Origin: an uncultured Patescibacteria group bacterium
GTDB taxonomy: Bacteria > Patescibacteriota > Microgenomatia > UBA1400 > PJMF01
Reading direction: 5' to 3'
NCBI GenBank assembly: GCA_905478415.1
Contig: CAJQIG010000002.1
Span: 314,699-378,698, forward strand
Length of the DNA stretch: 64,000 nucleotides
Shown: positions 25,597 to 35,655 of the stretch, piece after piece
How the letters are laid out: the number at the start of each line of letters is the position of its first letter
Numbering within the stretch: the first letter of the stretch is position 1
Made by a program: the position numbers and the translations under genes
Notes under the pieces: generated by a model
Database searches by the model: none
Told to the model about the DNA's origin: nothing
What the model saw: the letters and a program-made list of their open reading frames with translations, nothing else

Positions 25597-28284
25597 ATGT
25601 TTGTCCGTCGAAAACGCCGAGCGCGCTCCAGATTAGAAGCTTCAAAAGGAAGTGCTGAAGATAGAAAACTTCTCTATTTTAAACTACTACGTTTTGCTGC
25701 CATTGGATCATTGGTGGGAGTAGTCTTACTGATTATTCTTTTTTTTGGTGCTGTAGCCTGGTTTAGCAAAGAGTTGCCACAACCTGGTGAAGTTGTTCGA
25801 AGACAAGGATTTAGTACTAAAATTTTTGATCGTAATGGTGTGTTGCTCTATGACTTATTTGATGAAGAACGTCGCAACCCCGTTGCCACAGAAGAAATTC
25901 CTGAACAATTGAGGCAAGCTGTAGTGGCAATCGAGGATAAAGATTTCTACAATCATGGTGGGTTTGATTTCATGACCCTGATCCGTATTCCGTATAACGC
26001 TGTTTTTAAACAGCGTGTTATTGGTGGCTCAACCTTGACTCAGCAACTCGTTAAGAATGCACTCCTGACTAACGAACGGAGTGTTTCACGCAAGTTCAAA
26101 GAGTTAGTTCTCTCTTTACAACTTGAGCGCAAATTTACTAAAGATGAAATTCTGACCATGTATCTCAATGAGGCTCCCTATGGTGGAACTGCTTGGGGAG
26201 TTGGAACTGCTGCCGAAATTTACTTTAATAAACCGGTTTCGGAACTGAGTTTAGTTGAATCAGCTATCTTGGCTGGATTACCACAACGGCCTTCGGCCTA
26301 CTCTCCCTACATTGGTAAAACTGATGATGACGGCGAGCCACTTTGGAAGGTTCGTACTAAGGGAGTGCTCCGGCGAATGCTCGAAGATAAATACATTACC
26401 GACTTAGCTTACGAGCAAGCCATTGGAGATCTTGAAAATGTTGAGTTTGAGCGGGCTGCAGTTGATATTAAGGCACCTCACTTTGTCTTTTATGTGCAGG
26501 CACAACTTGAGGAGCTATTAGGAGAAGATGTGGTTAACGCTGGTGGCTTTACGGTTACCACCTCACTTGATTGGGAAGTCCAAGAGAAGGCTCAGCAGAT
26601 TGTAAAAGAGGAAATTGATGATGTTGAGGACTTAAATATTACGAATGGTGCTGCGCTGGTCATTGCTCCACAGACGGGTGAAATTATTTCGATGGTTGGT
26701 AGCCGGGATTATAACAATGATGACATTGGTGGCCAATTTAACGTGGTGGTCGATGGGCTTCGTCAGCCGGGTTCCTCAATTAAGCCGATTACGTATTTAA
26801 CCTTATTTCAACATGGCTATAGCCCTGCGAGTGTGATTGCAGATGTGCCAACAACCTTTCAACAAAATGACAACATTGATCCGTATGAACCTAAAAACTA
26901 CGATGGTAAGTTTAGAGGTCCTGTTTCAGTAAGAAGTAGTCTGGGTAGTTCTTTAAATATCCCTGCAGTTAAAGCTTTGGCTACTGTTGGTGTCGAAGCC
27001 TTTTTACAACAGTCGTACAACATGGGACTGGTAACGCTTGAGCCAACGAAAGAAAATATGACTCGGTTTGGTTTAGCTGCTACTCTGGGTGGAGCCGATG
27101 TGCACATGATTGAGTTGGTATCTGCATACAGTGCCTTTGCGAATGGTGGTCAACGAGTTGAGCCAGTCTCAATTCTGAAAATTGAAGATCCAGATGGAAA
27201 AATAGTTTTTGAGCATCGACACTTAGAAGGTGCTCAGGTTATGACTCCTCAAGAAGCCTTCTTAATCAATAACGTTTTGTCTGACAACTCTGCACGCCTC
27301 TTAGCCTTTGGTGCAAATTCGCTGCTTAATGTGAACGGTGGTGTGGCGGTCAAAACCGGAACTACTAATGATCAGCGCGATAACTGGGCTATTGGATGGT
27401 CAAAAGACGTGATTGTGGGTACCTGGGTTGGAAACAATGACAATAGTAAGATGAAGGCTGTGGCTTCTGGTGTTTCTGGAGCTTCCCCTATTTGGCGACG
27501 AATTATTCTAGATGTGTTGGGACGTGATGAGTATGAATCTGAAGTTTGGGAAGTGCCGAGTGGTGTTGAAAAAATTAAGGTTGATCAAATTTCTGGGTAC
27601 CCAGAACATGACGAGTTTCCTTCGCGAGAAGATTACTTTATTTCGGGCACGGTCCCCAGTATTCCAGATCCAATTCATCGGTATGTAGAGCTCTGTAAAG
27701 GTGAGCGCAAGTTAGCTACAGATGCTCGAATTCGCCGTAATGATTATGATAAAGAAGAGTTTATTGTTCTTCAGGAAGAAGATCCCTACAGTGAAGATGG
27801 TAAAAACCGTTGGCAGGAAGCTATTTTGGCATGGATTGAGGGCCAGGATGATAGTCGCTACAAAGTTCCAACCGAGTACTGTGGAGATCAAAATGAAATT
27901 TACTTAAGCCTTAAAGATCCCGACGACAAAAATACCTATGACACTGAGGACATTAAAGTCAGAATCGAATCTGAGTCGAACGATGGTATCGAAAAAATCG
28001 AGATCTACGTCAACGACGAACTCCGTGAAACGATTAATGATCGTCGCTACGAAGGTACGTTGAAGCTGAGTGCTGGTCGTTACACAGTCCAAGCAAAAGC
28101 TTACAGCAAGTCTGGTAAAGAAGCCGAGACAGGAAAACATCGTATTGGTACTGGTGGGGTCAGTTGGGAGGAGCCAAAGCCAAGTCCTACCCCGACACCA
28201 ACGCCAAGCCCGACACCGAGTCCAACGCCTATTGTGTTGCCAAGCCCTACTCCTCTCGTATCGCCAGATCCAAGTGGGATTTAA
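25597..28284 (+). CDS. class A penicillin-binding protein (PBP1A: transglycosylase + transpeptidase) with a C-terminal Ig-like/PT-linker extension
   Basis: GT51 motifs (EDKDFYNHGGFD, GGSTLTQQLVKN). TP motifs SSIKP, SLN, KTGTT. C-terminus PSPTPTPTPSPTPSPTP. ATG 25597 with RBS GAGGG preferred; the ORF runs from 25438. Confidence 0.85.
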   Translation: MFVRRKRRARSRLEASKGSAEDRKLLYFKLLRFAAIGSLVGVVLLIILFFGAVAWFSKELPQPGEVVRRQGFSTKIFDRNGVLLYDLFDEERRNPVATEEIPEQLRQAVVAIEDKDFYNHGGFDFMTLIRIPYNAVFKQRVIGGSTLTQQLVKNALLTNERSVSRKFKELVLSLQLERKFTKDEILTMYLNEAPYGGTAWGVGTAAEIYFNKPVSELSLVESAILAGLPQRPSAYSPYIGKTDDDGEPLWKVRTKGVLRRMLEDKYITDLAYEQAIGDLENVEFERAAVDIKAPHFVFYVQAQLEELLGEDVVNAGGFTVTTSLDWEVQEKAQQIVKEEIDDVEDLNITNGAALVIAPQTGEIISMVGSRDYNNDDIGGQFNVVVDGLRQPGSSIKPITYLTLFQHGYSPASVIADVPTTFQQNDNIDPYEPKNYDGKFRGPVSVRSSLGSSLNIPAVKALATVGVEAFLQQSYNMGLVTLEPTKENMTRFGLAATLGGADVHMIELVSAYSAFANGGQRVEPVSILKIEDPDGKIVFEHRHLEGAQVMTPQEAFLINNVLSDNSARLLAFGANSLLNVNGGVAVKTGTTNDQRDNWAIGWSKDVIVGTWVGNNDNSKMKAVASGVSGASPIWRRIILDVLGRDEYESEVWEVPSGVEKIKVDQISGYPEHDEFPSREDYFISGTVPSIPDPIHRYVELCKGERKLATDARIRRNDYDKEEFIVLQEEDPYSEDGKNRWQEAILAWIEGQDDSRYKVPTEYCGDQNEIYLSLKDPDDKNTYDTEDIKVRIESESNDGIEKIEIYVNDELRETINDRRYEGTLKLSAGRYTVQAKAYSKSGKEAETGKHRIGTGGVSWEEPKPSPTPTPTPSPTPSPTPIVLPSPTPLVSPDPSGI

Positions 28285-28310
28285 TGGCTTACATTTTTTG
28301 AAAAAGATAG

Positions 28311-28343
28311 TAAAAAGCCCGCTTCTCCGAAGCGGGCTTTTCA
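28311..28343. terminator. bidirectional terminator between PBP1A and the convergent membrane protein gene
   Basis: AAGCCCGCTTC-TCCG-AAGCGGGCTT hairpin with A/T runs on both sides. Confidence 0.6.
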
Positions 28344-28367
28344 TGTTCAGAGGAAGGTCGGGGGAAA

Positions 28368-28937
28368 CTAAATGGCGCCACTTAGACGGGGGGGATTTTC
28401 GGGGTTGGTGTAATAAACCAAGTAGCAAATTACGCCAAAAGAGGCGAAAATGATTGCTACTGGAATTGTAATCCAACCAGCCATGGCAAATAATGCGCCG
28501 AAGGCGAAAGTTCCCAGACCTAGCCAGTGAGCCAGGAAAAGAGGTAAGCTGGGCTTCCAGTCTCGTTCGCTGTCAATCTGCATTACGCTATCAGTTTGAA
28601 AGGTATAGCTGCCGAATTTGATGGCTTCAATAGCTACATAAGCAAAAACACCAACATAAGCAAAAACAATTGCTAGTGTCAGCATTTCAGCTACCAAAGA
28701 AAGCGACGCTGCTGCCAAAAATGCACCCAAAACAAATTGAGTATGGAAGTTTTTTAGAAGGTTCTTTTCTGTCAAAAACTCTTCGGCAACTCCAACGCCA
28801 CCCAACATCAGCAACAGCGCGGCAGCTGGTGTTAATAGGTGGACGATCGGGGTGGTTAACCCCAAGAAAAATGCTAAGGCGAAGCCGATCATGCCGGCCA
28901 GCAAACGGAATAAATTCGTTGCTTGTTTACGATTCAT
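28368..28937 (-). CDS. hypothetical polytopic membrane protein
   Basis: 189 aa, about five TM segments. Confidence 0.4.
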   Translation of the reverse strand: MNRKQATNLFRLLAGMIGFALAFFLGLTTPIVHLLTPAAALLLMLGGVGVAEEFLTEKNLLKNFHTQFVLGAFLAAASLSLVAEMLTLAIVFAYVGVFAYVAIEAIKFGSYTFQTDSVMQIDSERDWKPSLPLFLAHWLGLGTFAFGALFAMAGWITIPVAIIFASFGVICYLVYYTNPENPPRLSGAI

Positions 28938-28992
28938 ATTATCCTCACTTTGTTAGTTCTCCAATTTAAGAAGGTTAATTTTCTGCTGCAGG

Positions 28993-29043
28993 AGATAAAC
29001 AGCTCAAAACCCTCTATCAAAAGGTACTTTGAGCTGTTTATCT
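28993..29043. repeat. perfect 16-bp inverted repeat (AGATAAACAGCTCAAA / TTTGAGCTGTTTATCT) with a 19-nt spacer
   Basis: Seen directly. It lies in the intergenic region between two minus-strand genes and has no adjacent T-run. Confidence 0.5.
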
Positions 29044-29155
29044 AACTACAGTTCTCTGAACATGTTAAAGAATGACACTATATCTTTTGTATAGAAAAGC
29101 ACAGTGTACTGAAGTAAGTATATCAAAAAATATCATATTTGTCAATGTTATGGGC

Positions 29156-30433
29156 TTAGTATGATTGATAAGAGAGTAAAAAGAAGAGAGACAATAAAAT
29201 ACCACTCTGAAGTGTGAGCAAATAGTGGTCAAGGAAGGCAATGGGAGACAACACCAGGAATAGGAGTATCCACTCTGGTTGAGTGCGTTTCCAAAGCAAA
29301 AATCCACATACAAGCAGCGCAAAACCAAGCAGGCCTGTCTCTGCTAGCCAGAGAACAAGCACATTGTGAGCAGGTTGTACAAATCGCACGACTTCTCTGG
29401 TATCTGCATAGGATTCGACATGGGGGGTAAAGTTTTTTAAGCCGACTCCAAGTAGTGGCCGGTCAAGAAACATTTTGATACCAGCCGTATTGAGGTATTT
29501 TCGGCGAACCAGTGATGGTGATGAGCCAGAGAAAGGCAACCAGGTACTGACCACAATGATGCCAGCCAGTATGCCAACCAACATACCTTGAGGAATTTTC
29601 TTGAAGTACTTTCTTCCAAAAAGAATACTTAGTCCAAGTGCAAATGTCAGCCAGGCACTGATAGATTGTGTCAGGAAGAGTGCCACGCTGGCTACAATAA
29701 ATGTCAGTAGCAGCGAGATTTTTAGGCCTTCTCTGCTCTGTTTTCGATAGAATGGAATAAGTAGCAGTAAACTTAAACTGAGGAAGCCAGCTAACACATT
29801 GGGATGAGCGGTTGTTCCATATGGTAAAACTCGTTCGATGCCTCCAAGTGTTGTTTTTGCCAATCCAGCAAAGTTTGAAAGGTCTGTTTCTCCAAGGAAT
29901 AGGTAGCTGGCTACAGATTGTTGCGTCAGGTACTGCATGATCCCCACCAGGCTTTGAAAAAGCAGTGTGCTTGCTAAAACCAGATAGGTAACCGAAGAAC
30001 GAAGAAGCTCCCGTTTTTGCCACAGTACGTATGCCAAGAGAGCTATTTTTATCCAGGAGATTACTTCCCAGAAAGCAATTATGGTATTTCCGGCAGAAAG
30101 TTGTCGGACTCCAATACCAAGTGCAAGGAGCACGGTCAGCACGAGCAATGTCACCGGTGTTTTTTTAGGAACAAGAACGGATTGTACATACGATACAGCC
30201 CTATGCCACCATGATTGACTGCGGGTATACCAAGCTACGCTATCTTCGATCGCAAACAAGATCAGCAGGGCAAAAATAATACCATCGCTGGCATGGAACT
30301 TGGGTAAAAGGTAATCAATCCTGAGGCCATGCACCCGGGAACCAACTTCACTAACTACATAAAACAAGTTACTGGGTATCAAAAAAATCAGCAGTGCAAT
30401 CAAAACTTGGTATAGTGGGCGAAGTTGTTTCAC
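29156..30433 (-). CDS. O-antigen ligase (Wzy_C) family membrane protein
   Basis: About ten TM segments. The Wzy_C-like motif VQPAHNVLVLWLAETGLLGF is present. Confidence 0.5.
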   Translation of the reverse strand: MKQLRPLYQVLIALLIFLIPSNLFYVVSEVGSRVHGLRIDYLLPKFHASDGIIFALLILFAIEDSVAWYTRSQSWWHRAVSYVQSVLVPKKTPVTLLVLTVLLALGIGVRQLSAGNTIIAFWEVISWIKIALLAYVLWQKRELLRSSVTYLVLASTLLFQSLVGIMQYLTQQSVASYLFLGETDLSNFAGLAKTTLGGIERVLPYGTTAHPNVLAGFLSLSLLLLIPFYRKQSREGLKISLLLTFIVASVALFLTQSISAWLTFALGLSILFGRKYFKKIPQGMLVGILAGIIVVSTWLPFSGSSPSLVRRKYLNTAGIKMFLDRPLLGVGLKNFTPHVESYADTREVVRFVQPAHNVLVLWLAETGLLGFALLVCGFLLWKRTQPEWILLFLVLSPIAFLDHYLLTLQSGILLSLFFLLSYQSY

Positions 30434-30477
30434 AACCTTAGTATACCTGACTCATATTTTTGTCGCGAAAGTAAAAA

Positions 30478-32463
30478 CTAGACAGAACCCACCAAGGTAC
30501 CTGCATGAAGATCTGTAATAGTTGCGACTACTTTTTTTCTGATTGGTTCGATCTCTTCAGAAGAAAGGTTCTGATCTGGACTCCAGTAGGAAATTCCAAA
30601 CGTATAGTTTTGTTTGTATTGGTCTTTCAGTTCAACGCTTTTGACAAGCCCATCAGCTTTTTTAAGTGATGCAAGTACCTCTCCTATCAATGTTTTCTTT
30701 GGCAGGGTAAAGGTCAGGTCCTCTTTGAGTTCTGCAGTCTTAGGAATACTTTGATAGATTGGGTGTGAGGCCGCAATTTTGAGTAGTTGTGACATCTGCA
30801 CTTCGAGGGCGGTGTGACCTGAAGTTAGGTGCAAGACTTTCCCCAAAAGTGTCTCTCCGACCCAGATTTCAGCTTGTTGGGCTACGGTAGTGCTGTCGTG
30901 TTCTCCCAATGGTTTGACGGCGATACCCTCGATAAAAAGCTGTCGGAGTAATTGCTCAAATGCTCCTCTGACCTGGCGATACTCATCGCTACTGACCAAG
31001 GTTAGCATGAGATCTTGTTCTGGTAATTGTCTTGGGAGTGGATGGTAGACATGGGCAATTTCGAACACACTCATCTGCTCTTCTTGTTTATTTTGAGCAA
31101 TAATTTCTTCGAGTGATGGTACCAGTGAACGGCGCAGGTAGACTCGGTCGTCAGTTAGTGGGTTTTGGAGTTTGAGGTGGCCATCACGAGGTTGTCCGGA
31201 TTCAAGTGCAATTTCTTCGCTGACCATAGAGTACGAATAGATTTCTTGCCAACCAATGTTAGCTAGGTACTGTTTGATGGTACGTTCGATGGTGTAGTTT
31301 ACGTCACTTGGTTTTGTGACCGGAATAGGAGTGTCCATGAGGGTACTTGGCAGATTGTGGTAGCCGTAGATCCGGGCAATTTCTTCAATCACATCAGCAG
31401 GAATGGTGATATCAGGACGGAACGTTGGTGGTGTGACGGTGAGCATGCTGCCAGCAACTTTGACCTGGCAACCGAGTGTTTCGAGTATTGAGGTAATTCG
31501 GTCAGTCTTAATTTCTAGACCCAAGTAGTCGGTGACTCTCTGGAGTGGCAGAGAAACAGGTTGTGGCTCGCGCTGCCCAGGAAATTCGTCATAAATAGGG
31601 CTGGCGATCTTAGCTCCGCAGAGCTCTCGGTAGAGTTCAATGCCACGGATAAGGACATCTTCAGCCAGGTTTGGATCAACATTTTTTTCCATCAATTGGG
31701 CAGCTGTCGTTCGAATAGCATGAGTCATGCTGGCAAAACGAACTTTTTTAGCTTTGATTGATTCGAGCAAGAGCAAGACATTTTGAGTTGAGTCATCGAT
31801 TGAAGTGTTAGCAGTTCCTTTGATGGAGGGCAGATCAATAATTCTTCCCTCTCCATTTTTAAAGACTACTTCTCCGCCGACTGTCTCGAATACATTGCCG
31901 TCAAGAGTAGTAAATGTTTCACCTTTTTTGGCTTCAGAGATAATAATTTCTCCGCCAGTTTTCATCAGTTTATCGTAATCGAAGGCATGGCAGGGGTGGC
32001 CAAGTTCATGCGTTACATAGTTGGTAATATCAATGGCCGCATCATGAATATTTTGGTCAGTTTGGAGGAGGCGTTTGCCCATCCACTCTGGAGTTGAATT
32101 TCGTTTTACTCCTTGTAAGACGACGCAAATGATTCGTTTTGAAAGGTCGGGGTCATTGACAATTTTTGGAAGCGGTAGCTCGGTTACCTCTGGCTGAAGG
32201 TCCTGCAAAAGTTGCTGGGGTTTCAGTGTAGCCGAGATGCCAAATTGCTCGAGAATGACAGCGGCTTCGCGGGCGATACCGCGGACAGACATGCTATCGA
32301 CCCGATTAGTCGTGACTTCGATGTCGTAGACTTTATCGCCTTCAGTGTCATAAATGCGTTCGATAGATGGTCCGCAGAGTGAGACATTCTCTTGAATGGT
32401 CTTTGGATCAGCATCGGTTGCTAAGTGTTCTTTGAGCCAGGTGTGGGGAATAAGGATGTTCAT
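30478..32463 (-). CDS. pheT: phenylalanyl-tRNA synthetase beta subunit
   Basis: 661 aa with B3/4 and B5 domains, in operon with pheS. Confidence 0.85.
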   Translation of the reverse strand: MNILIPHTWLKEHLATDADPKTIQENVSLCGPSIERIYDTEGDKVYDIEVTTNRVDSMSVRGIAREAAVILEQFGISATLKPQQLLQDLQPEVTELPLPKIVNDPDLSKRIICVVLQGVKRNSTPEWMGKRLLQTDQNIHDAAIDITNYVTHELGHPCHAFDYDKLMKTGGEIIISEAKKGETFTTLDGNVFETVGGEVVFKNGEGRIIDLPSIKGTANTSIDDSTQNVLLLLESIKAKKVRFASMTHAIRTTAAQLMEKNVDPNLAEDVLIRGIELYRELCGAKIASPIYDEFPGQREPQPVSLPLQRVTDYLGLEIKTDRITSILETLGCQVKVAGSMLTVTPPTFRPDITIPADVIEEIARIYGYHNLPSTLMDTPIPVTKPSDVNYTIERTIKQYLANIGWQEIYSYSMVSEEIALESGQPRDGHLKLQNPLTDDRVYLRRSLVPSLEEIIAQNKQEEQMSVFEIAHVYHPLPRQLPEQDLMLTLVSSDEYRQVRGAFEQLLRQLFIEGIAVKPLGEHDSTTVAQQAEIWVGETLLGKVLHLTSGHTALEVQMSQLLKIAASHPIYQSIPKTAELKEDLTFTLPKKTLIGEVLASLKKADGLVKSVELKDQYKQNYTFGISYWSPDQNLSSEEIEPIRKKVVATITDLHAGTLVGSV

Positions 32464-32486
32464 AATTTTTTCTGTGTAGGTAGTTT

Positions 32487-33557
32487 TTAAAATTGGGTTA
32501 GGAATCGAAGGTCCCCGCTATAGAGTAAGCGGATGTCGTCCAGGTTAAGACCTTCTTTTAAGGTGTAGGTTCTTTCGACTCCCCAGCCAAAGGCAAAGCC
32601 AGTATATTCATCTGGATCAATGCCACCAGCTTTGAGAACGTTAGGATGGACCATGCCGGCTCCACCAACTTCGTGCCAACCAGATTTGCAGAAGCGACAT
32701 TTTTGTTCTTCTTTTGTATCTAAGTAGCCAGTGCCATGGCAGATGTGGCATGAAAAGTCGACTTCGAAGGATGGTTCAGTAAACTGAAAATGGAACGGTC
32801 GGATACGAGACTTTGTGCCTGGTCCGTAGAATTGTTCGGCAAAGTAATCGAGTGTGCCTTTGAGGTGTTGAATGGTGATGCCTTTATCGACAACTAGGCC
32901 TTCAAACTGGTGGAACATTTGGGTATGGGTTGCATCCTGTTGACGTCGGTAGCATCGGGCGATATTAATCATGCGGATGGGTGGTTTTGAGTTAAGTCGT
33001 TCCATCTCACGGACTTGTCCGTTAGAAGTGTGGGTAGTTAAAACCATTTTGCCCATTTTTTCGTCTGTGGGGGCATCGACAAAGAACGTTTCCCACTCAT
33101 CTCGAGCAGGGTGGCTTTTTGGCATGTTGAGGGCTTCGAAGACGTACCAGTCCCAGTCAACTTCTGGATAGCGCACTCTGGTGAAACCAATTTGTTCAAA
33201 AATATGGGTAATTTCTTCCATGGCTTGAGAAACGGGGTGCATGTGGCCAAGTTTTGGTTTGACTCCTGGAGCGGTGAGGTCAACCCAGCTTTGCGTAGTT
33301 GTGGTTTGGGTGGCAAGGGCTGATTCGATCAGCGATTCAAGTTGGGTCTTTGTGTCGTTGAGGACTGCACCGATTTCTTTTTTTTCGGTACGGGGGATAT
33401 CTTTTATTTGTTGACTTAGTGCTTTGAAGTGGCCTTTTTTTCCTAAATAGGCTGTTTTGAGTTCAGTAATTTCTTGGTTTGTTTCTGCTTTTGTAAGTGC
33501 TTCTTGAAGATTTTTAACAACTTCTTGAAGTTTGTTTGTGTATTCGGTTGCTGTCAT
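32487..33557 (-). CDS. pheS: phenylalanyl-tRNA synthetase alpha subunit
   Basis: Class II motifs (FRPSYFPFTEP-like FHFQFTEPSFEVD, GMVHPNVL, GFAFGWGVER). A CxxC..CxxC knuckle is present, as in Bacillus PheS. Confidence 0.9.
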   Translation of the reverse strand: MTATEYTNKLQEVVKNLQEALTKAETNQEITELKTAYLGKKGHFKALSQQIKDIPRTEKKEIGAVLNDTKTQLESLIESALATQTTTTQSWVDLTAPGVKPKLGHMHPVSQAMEEITHIFEQIGFTRVRYPEVDWDWYVFEALNMPKSHPARDEWETFFVDAPTDEKMGKMVLTTHTSNGQVREMERLNSKPPIRMINIARCYRRQQDATHTQMFHQFEGLVVDKGITIQHLKGTLDYFAEQFYGPGTKSRIRPFHFQFTEPSFEVDFSCHICHGTGYLDTKEEQKCRFCKSGWHEVGGAGMVHPNVLKAGGIDPDEYTGFAFGWGVERTYTLKEGLNLDDIRLLYSGDLRFLTQF

Positions 33558-33623
33558 AGTTCCTTTATTCTACCCTATTTCTTATTGACGTGTTGTTGAG
33601 TTCGGCGTTATATTTGTTCCTAA

Positions 33624-33662
33624 TAAAAAACCCCGCTGAGTGCGGGGTTTCTAGTTTTTATT
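33624..33662. terminator. terminator after rplT
   Basis: CCCCGC-TGAGT-GCGGGG hairpin with A6 before and T-runs after on both strands. Confidence 0.65.
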
Positions 33663-33673
33663 TTTTGATTCGT

Positions 33674-34030
33674 TTACCCACGCACTTTTGTAACAATGCT
33701 TTTAAAAGTGGTAAAGTCTGCGATAGCAATTTCAGATAACATTTTACGGTTAAGTTCGATGTTGCCTTTTTTGATCAGATTCATGAAACGTGAGTAGTTC
33801 AAAGTTCCTTCTGAGGCTTCTTTGACTGCAGCACTGATACGGAGAATCCAAAGTTTGCGCATGTCTCGCTTGCGAAGTTTTCTTCCAATGTAAGCATATT
33901 GACCGGAGTGAAGTACAGCTTCTTTCGCTCTTTTGTAGAGTCGGCTATTAGCACCACGGAAACCCTTGGCGAGTTTTAAAATTTTATTATGTCTTCTTCG
34001 GCGAGTAACGCCTGTTTTAGCTCTTGGCAT
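33674..34030 (-). CDS. rplT: 50S ribosomal protein L20
   Basis: The N-terminus MPRAKTGVTRRRRHNKILKLAKGFRG matches L20. Confidence 0.9.
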   Translation of the reverse strand: MPRAKTGVTRRRRHNKILKLAKGFRGANSRLYKRAKEAVLHSGQYAYIGRKLRKRDMRKLWILRISAAVKEASEGTLNYSRFMNLIKKGNIELNRKMLSEIAIADFTTFKSIVTKVRG

Positions 34031-34042
34031 GGTATCTTTCTC

Positions 34043-34258
34043 TTATGCAATTCCAAGCATGCGCTTGATTTTTCTAGCCCACTTGCCAGTGACTTCGACT
34101 GGAACGCGGTAAGCTCTAATAGCTTTTTTACTTTTAGTACGACGACGATGTCTCATGTTTTGTGAACGTCTCAGCACCTTACCGGTAGCTGTGATTTTAA
34201 ATCGTTTGGCTACGCCAGAACGAGTCTTTTGTTTCATCTTAGTTTTTACTTTTTGCAT
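34043..34258 (-). CDS. rpmI: 50S ribosomal protein L35
   Basis: MQKVKTKMKQKTRSGVAKRFKITATGKV matches L35. Confidence 0.85.
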   Translation of the reverse strand: MQKVKTKMKQKTRSGVAKRFKITATGKVLRRSQNMRHRRRTKSKKAIRAYRVPVEVTGKWARKIKRMLGIA

Positions 34259-34269
34259 CTCGACCTCTC

Positions 34270-34809
34270 TTATTTTTTCAATGGCATAAGTTGCGCCATG
34301 AGCTTTTTGCCCATCATTTTTGGTTGTAGTTCTACTGTGGCTTTATCGGCTGTTGCCTCAATTACCTTTTCGAACATAGCATATCCAAATTCTTTTTTAG
34401 TAATAGCACGTCCCTTGAATTGAAGCGTCAGGCGAACCTTATCTCCTTTTTCAAGAAACTTCTTGACTTTGTTTAAACGTGCTTCGAAGTCACCATCACC
34501 CATAAATGGAGTAAATCTGACTTCCTTTAAGTCCTGAGACTTAGCTTTTTTTCTGTTTTTAGCTTCTTTTTGCTGCTGCTGATACTTATATTTTGCCAAG
34601 TCAATAATTTTGACAATGGGTGGATTAGTACTTTCACTAATCAAAACTAAGTCTTTGCCTGCTGCTCGGGCCTTGAGTAAAGCTTCTGCTTTAGTCATGA
34701 CACCTAACATATCTTTTGTTTCTGTTAACACTCGGACCTCGATTGCTCGAATTCGCTCATTAGCCGTAATTCGATTTTTACTCGAGTAATATGATTTGTT
34801 ATTTCGCAC
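34270..34809 (-). CDS. infC: translation initiation factor IF-3
   Basis: INERIRAIEVRV plus C-terminal domain motifs. Likely a non-AUG start inside the ORF, as is usual for infC. Confidence 0.85.
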   Translation of the reverse strand: MRNNKSYYSSKNRITANERIRAIEVRVLTETKDMLGVMTKAEALLKARAAGKDLVLISESTNPPIVKIIDLAKYKYQQQQKEAKNRKKAKSQDLKEVRFTPFMGDGDFEARLNKVKKFLEKGDKVRLTLQFKGRAITKKEFGYAMFEKVIEATADKATVELQPKMMGKKLMAQLMPLKK

Positions 34810-34967
34810 GTGTATGTGTTCTTCTTTCCGATGTTTGTTACTAAAAAACTTCTACAAACAGACTTGTATTCTACCTCAACTTACTAAAAAAGCAAAAGGC
34901 GCTTTTTGCAGAGCTTGAATTATAGCATTTTTTCTAGGGGAAGTGAAGTGTTGGCTTGAGGAAGAAC

Positions 34968-35558
34968 TCATTGAGACTGCTGATCTGTTGAACCAAAGTA
35001 CTCACTCAAAGCTCTCAGCAGAGTACTCTCGAGCAGAGCAGCTCTTGTTACTGGTGTTTCCGAATCTTTAGTCAAAAATGCATGCGGGTCGGTGCCATCG
35101 ACGTCAGGGTTCATTTCGGCAATAACTGAACCAACCGTGTGTTGTTCAAATCCTCTGTTTTGGGCTTCTTCAACATAGTGGTTAGGAAAAATAACTCCCT
35201 CAGAAACTTGCGTAACAACGGTTTCAAGATCAGGATCGGAAACCATAACGACAGCTTTATCTTCCCAGCCTTTTTTTGTCTGGAAAATGCCACTTTCGAT
35301 ACTAATAACTAACTGAATAATGTTTGGAGATACACCTGCCTCTGACAAGGCCGACAAGATACTGAGGATTCTGTTATATGCCCCCTGCTCTGCTTCATCA
35401 TTAACCGGTTGTTCATTAACTCCAGATTGTGATGAATAGCCCTGGATAGTTGTTTCTGCATTTGGATATAGGGTATTCAGTGCGGCTTCAACGGCTCCAA
35501 GTTTGTGTTTGCTTTTGGAAGTAACTGCTACGCTGAGAGTAATTTTTTCGGTGTTCAT
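34968..35558 (-). CDS. non-canonical purine NTP phosphatase, YjjX/DUF84 (inosine/xanthosine triphosphatase) family
   Basis: SQSGVNEQPVNDEAEQGAYNRI ~ YjjX [27 protein letters not shown] ~ IEAGID. The overall length of about 190 aa fits. Confidence 0.5.
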   Translation of the reverse strand: MNTEKITLSVAVTSKSKHKLGAVEAALNTLYPNAETTIQGYSSQSGVNEQPVNDEAEQGAYNRILSILSALSEAGVSPNIIQLVISIESGIFQTKKGWEDKAVVMVSDPDLETVVTQVSEGVIFPNHYVEEAQNRGFEQHTVGSVIAEMNPDVDGTDPHAFLTKDSETPVTRAALLESTLLRALSEYFGSTDQQSQ

Positions 35559-35595
35559 AGTTGGGACAGTATAGTATATTTTTTTGCAAAGTCGA

Positions 35596-35655
35596 GAGGA
35601 CTTCTGGCTTGCTGTGAGGTGCTCGTGTTGGAGGTAGGTAAGACTAGATCCTCAT
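35596..35655. repeat. copy A of a roughly 60-bp GC-rich repeat (GCAAAGTCGAGAGGRCTTCTSGCTYGCT...GAGRTGCTCGTGYTGGAGG)
   Basis: Aligns with copy B at 36607-36675. It sits about 38 nt upstream of the YjjX-like start, ahead of a TATACT box. Confidence 0.6.

Noticed and set aside
27904-28476. 190-aa minus-strand ORF (W/R-rich)
   Set aside because: It is antisense to the PT-rich C-terminus of PBP1A and runs across a terminator hairpin. It is a compositional artefact.
32487-33557. CxxC...CxxC insertion in PheS (CHICHGTGYLDTKEEQKCRFCKSGW) as a novelty
   Set aside because: The same zinc knuckle is present in Bacillus-type PheS, so it is a normal lineage feature.
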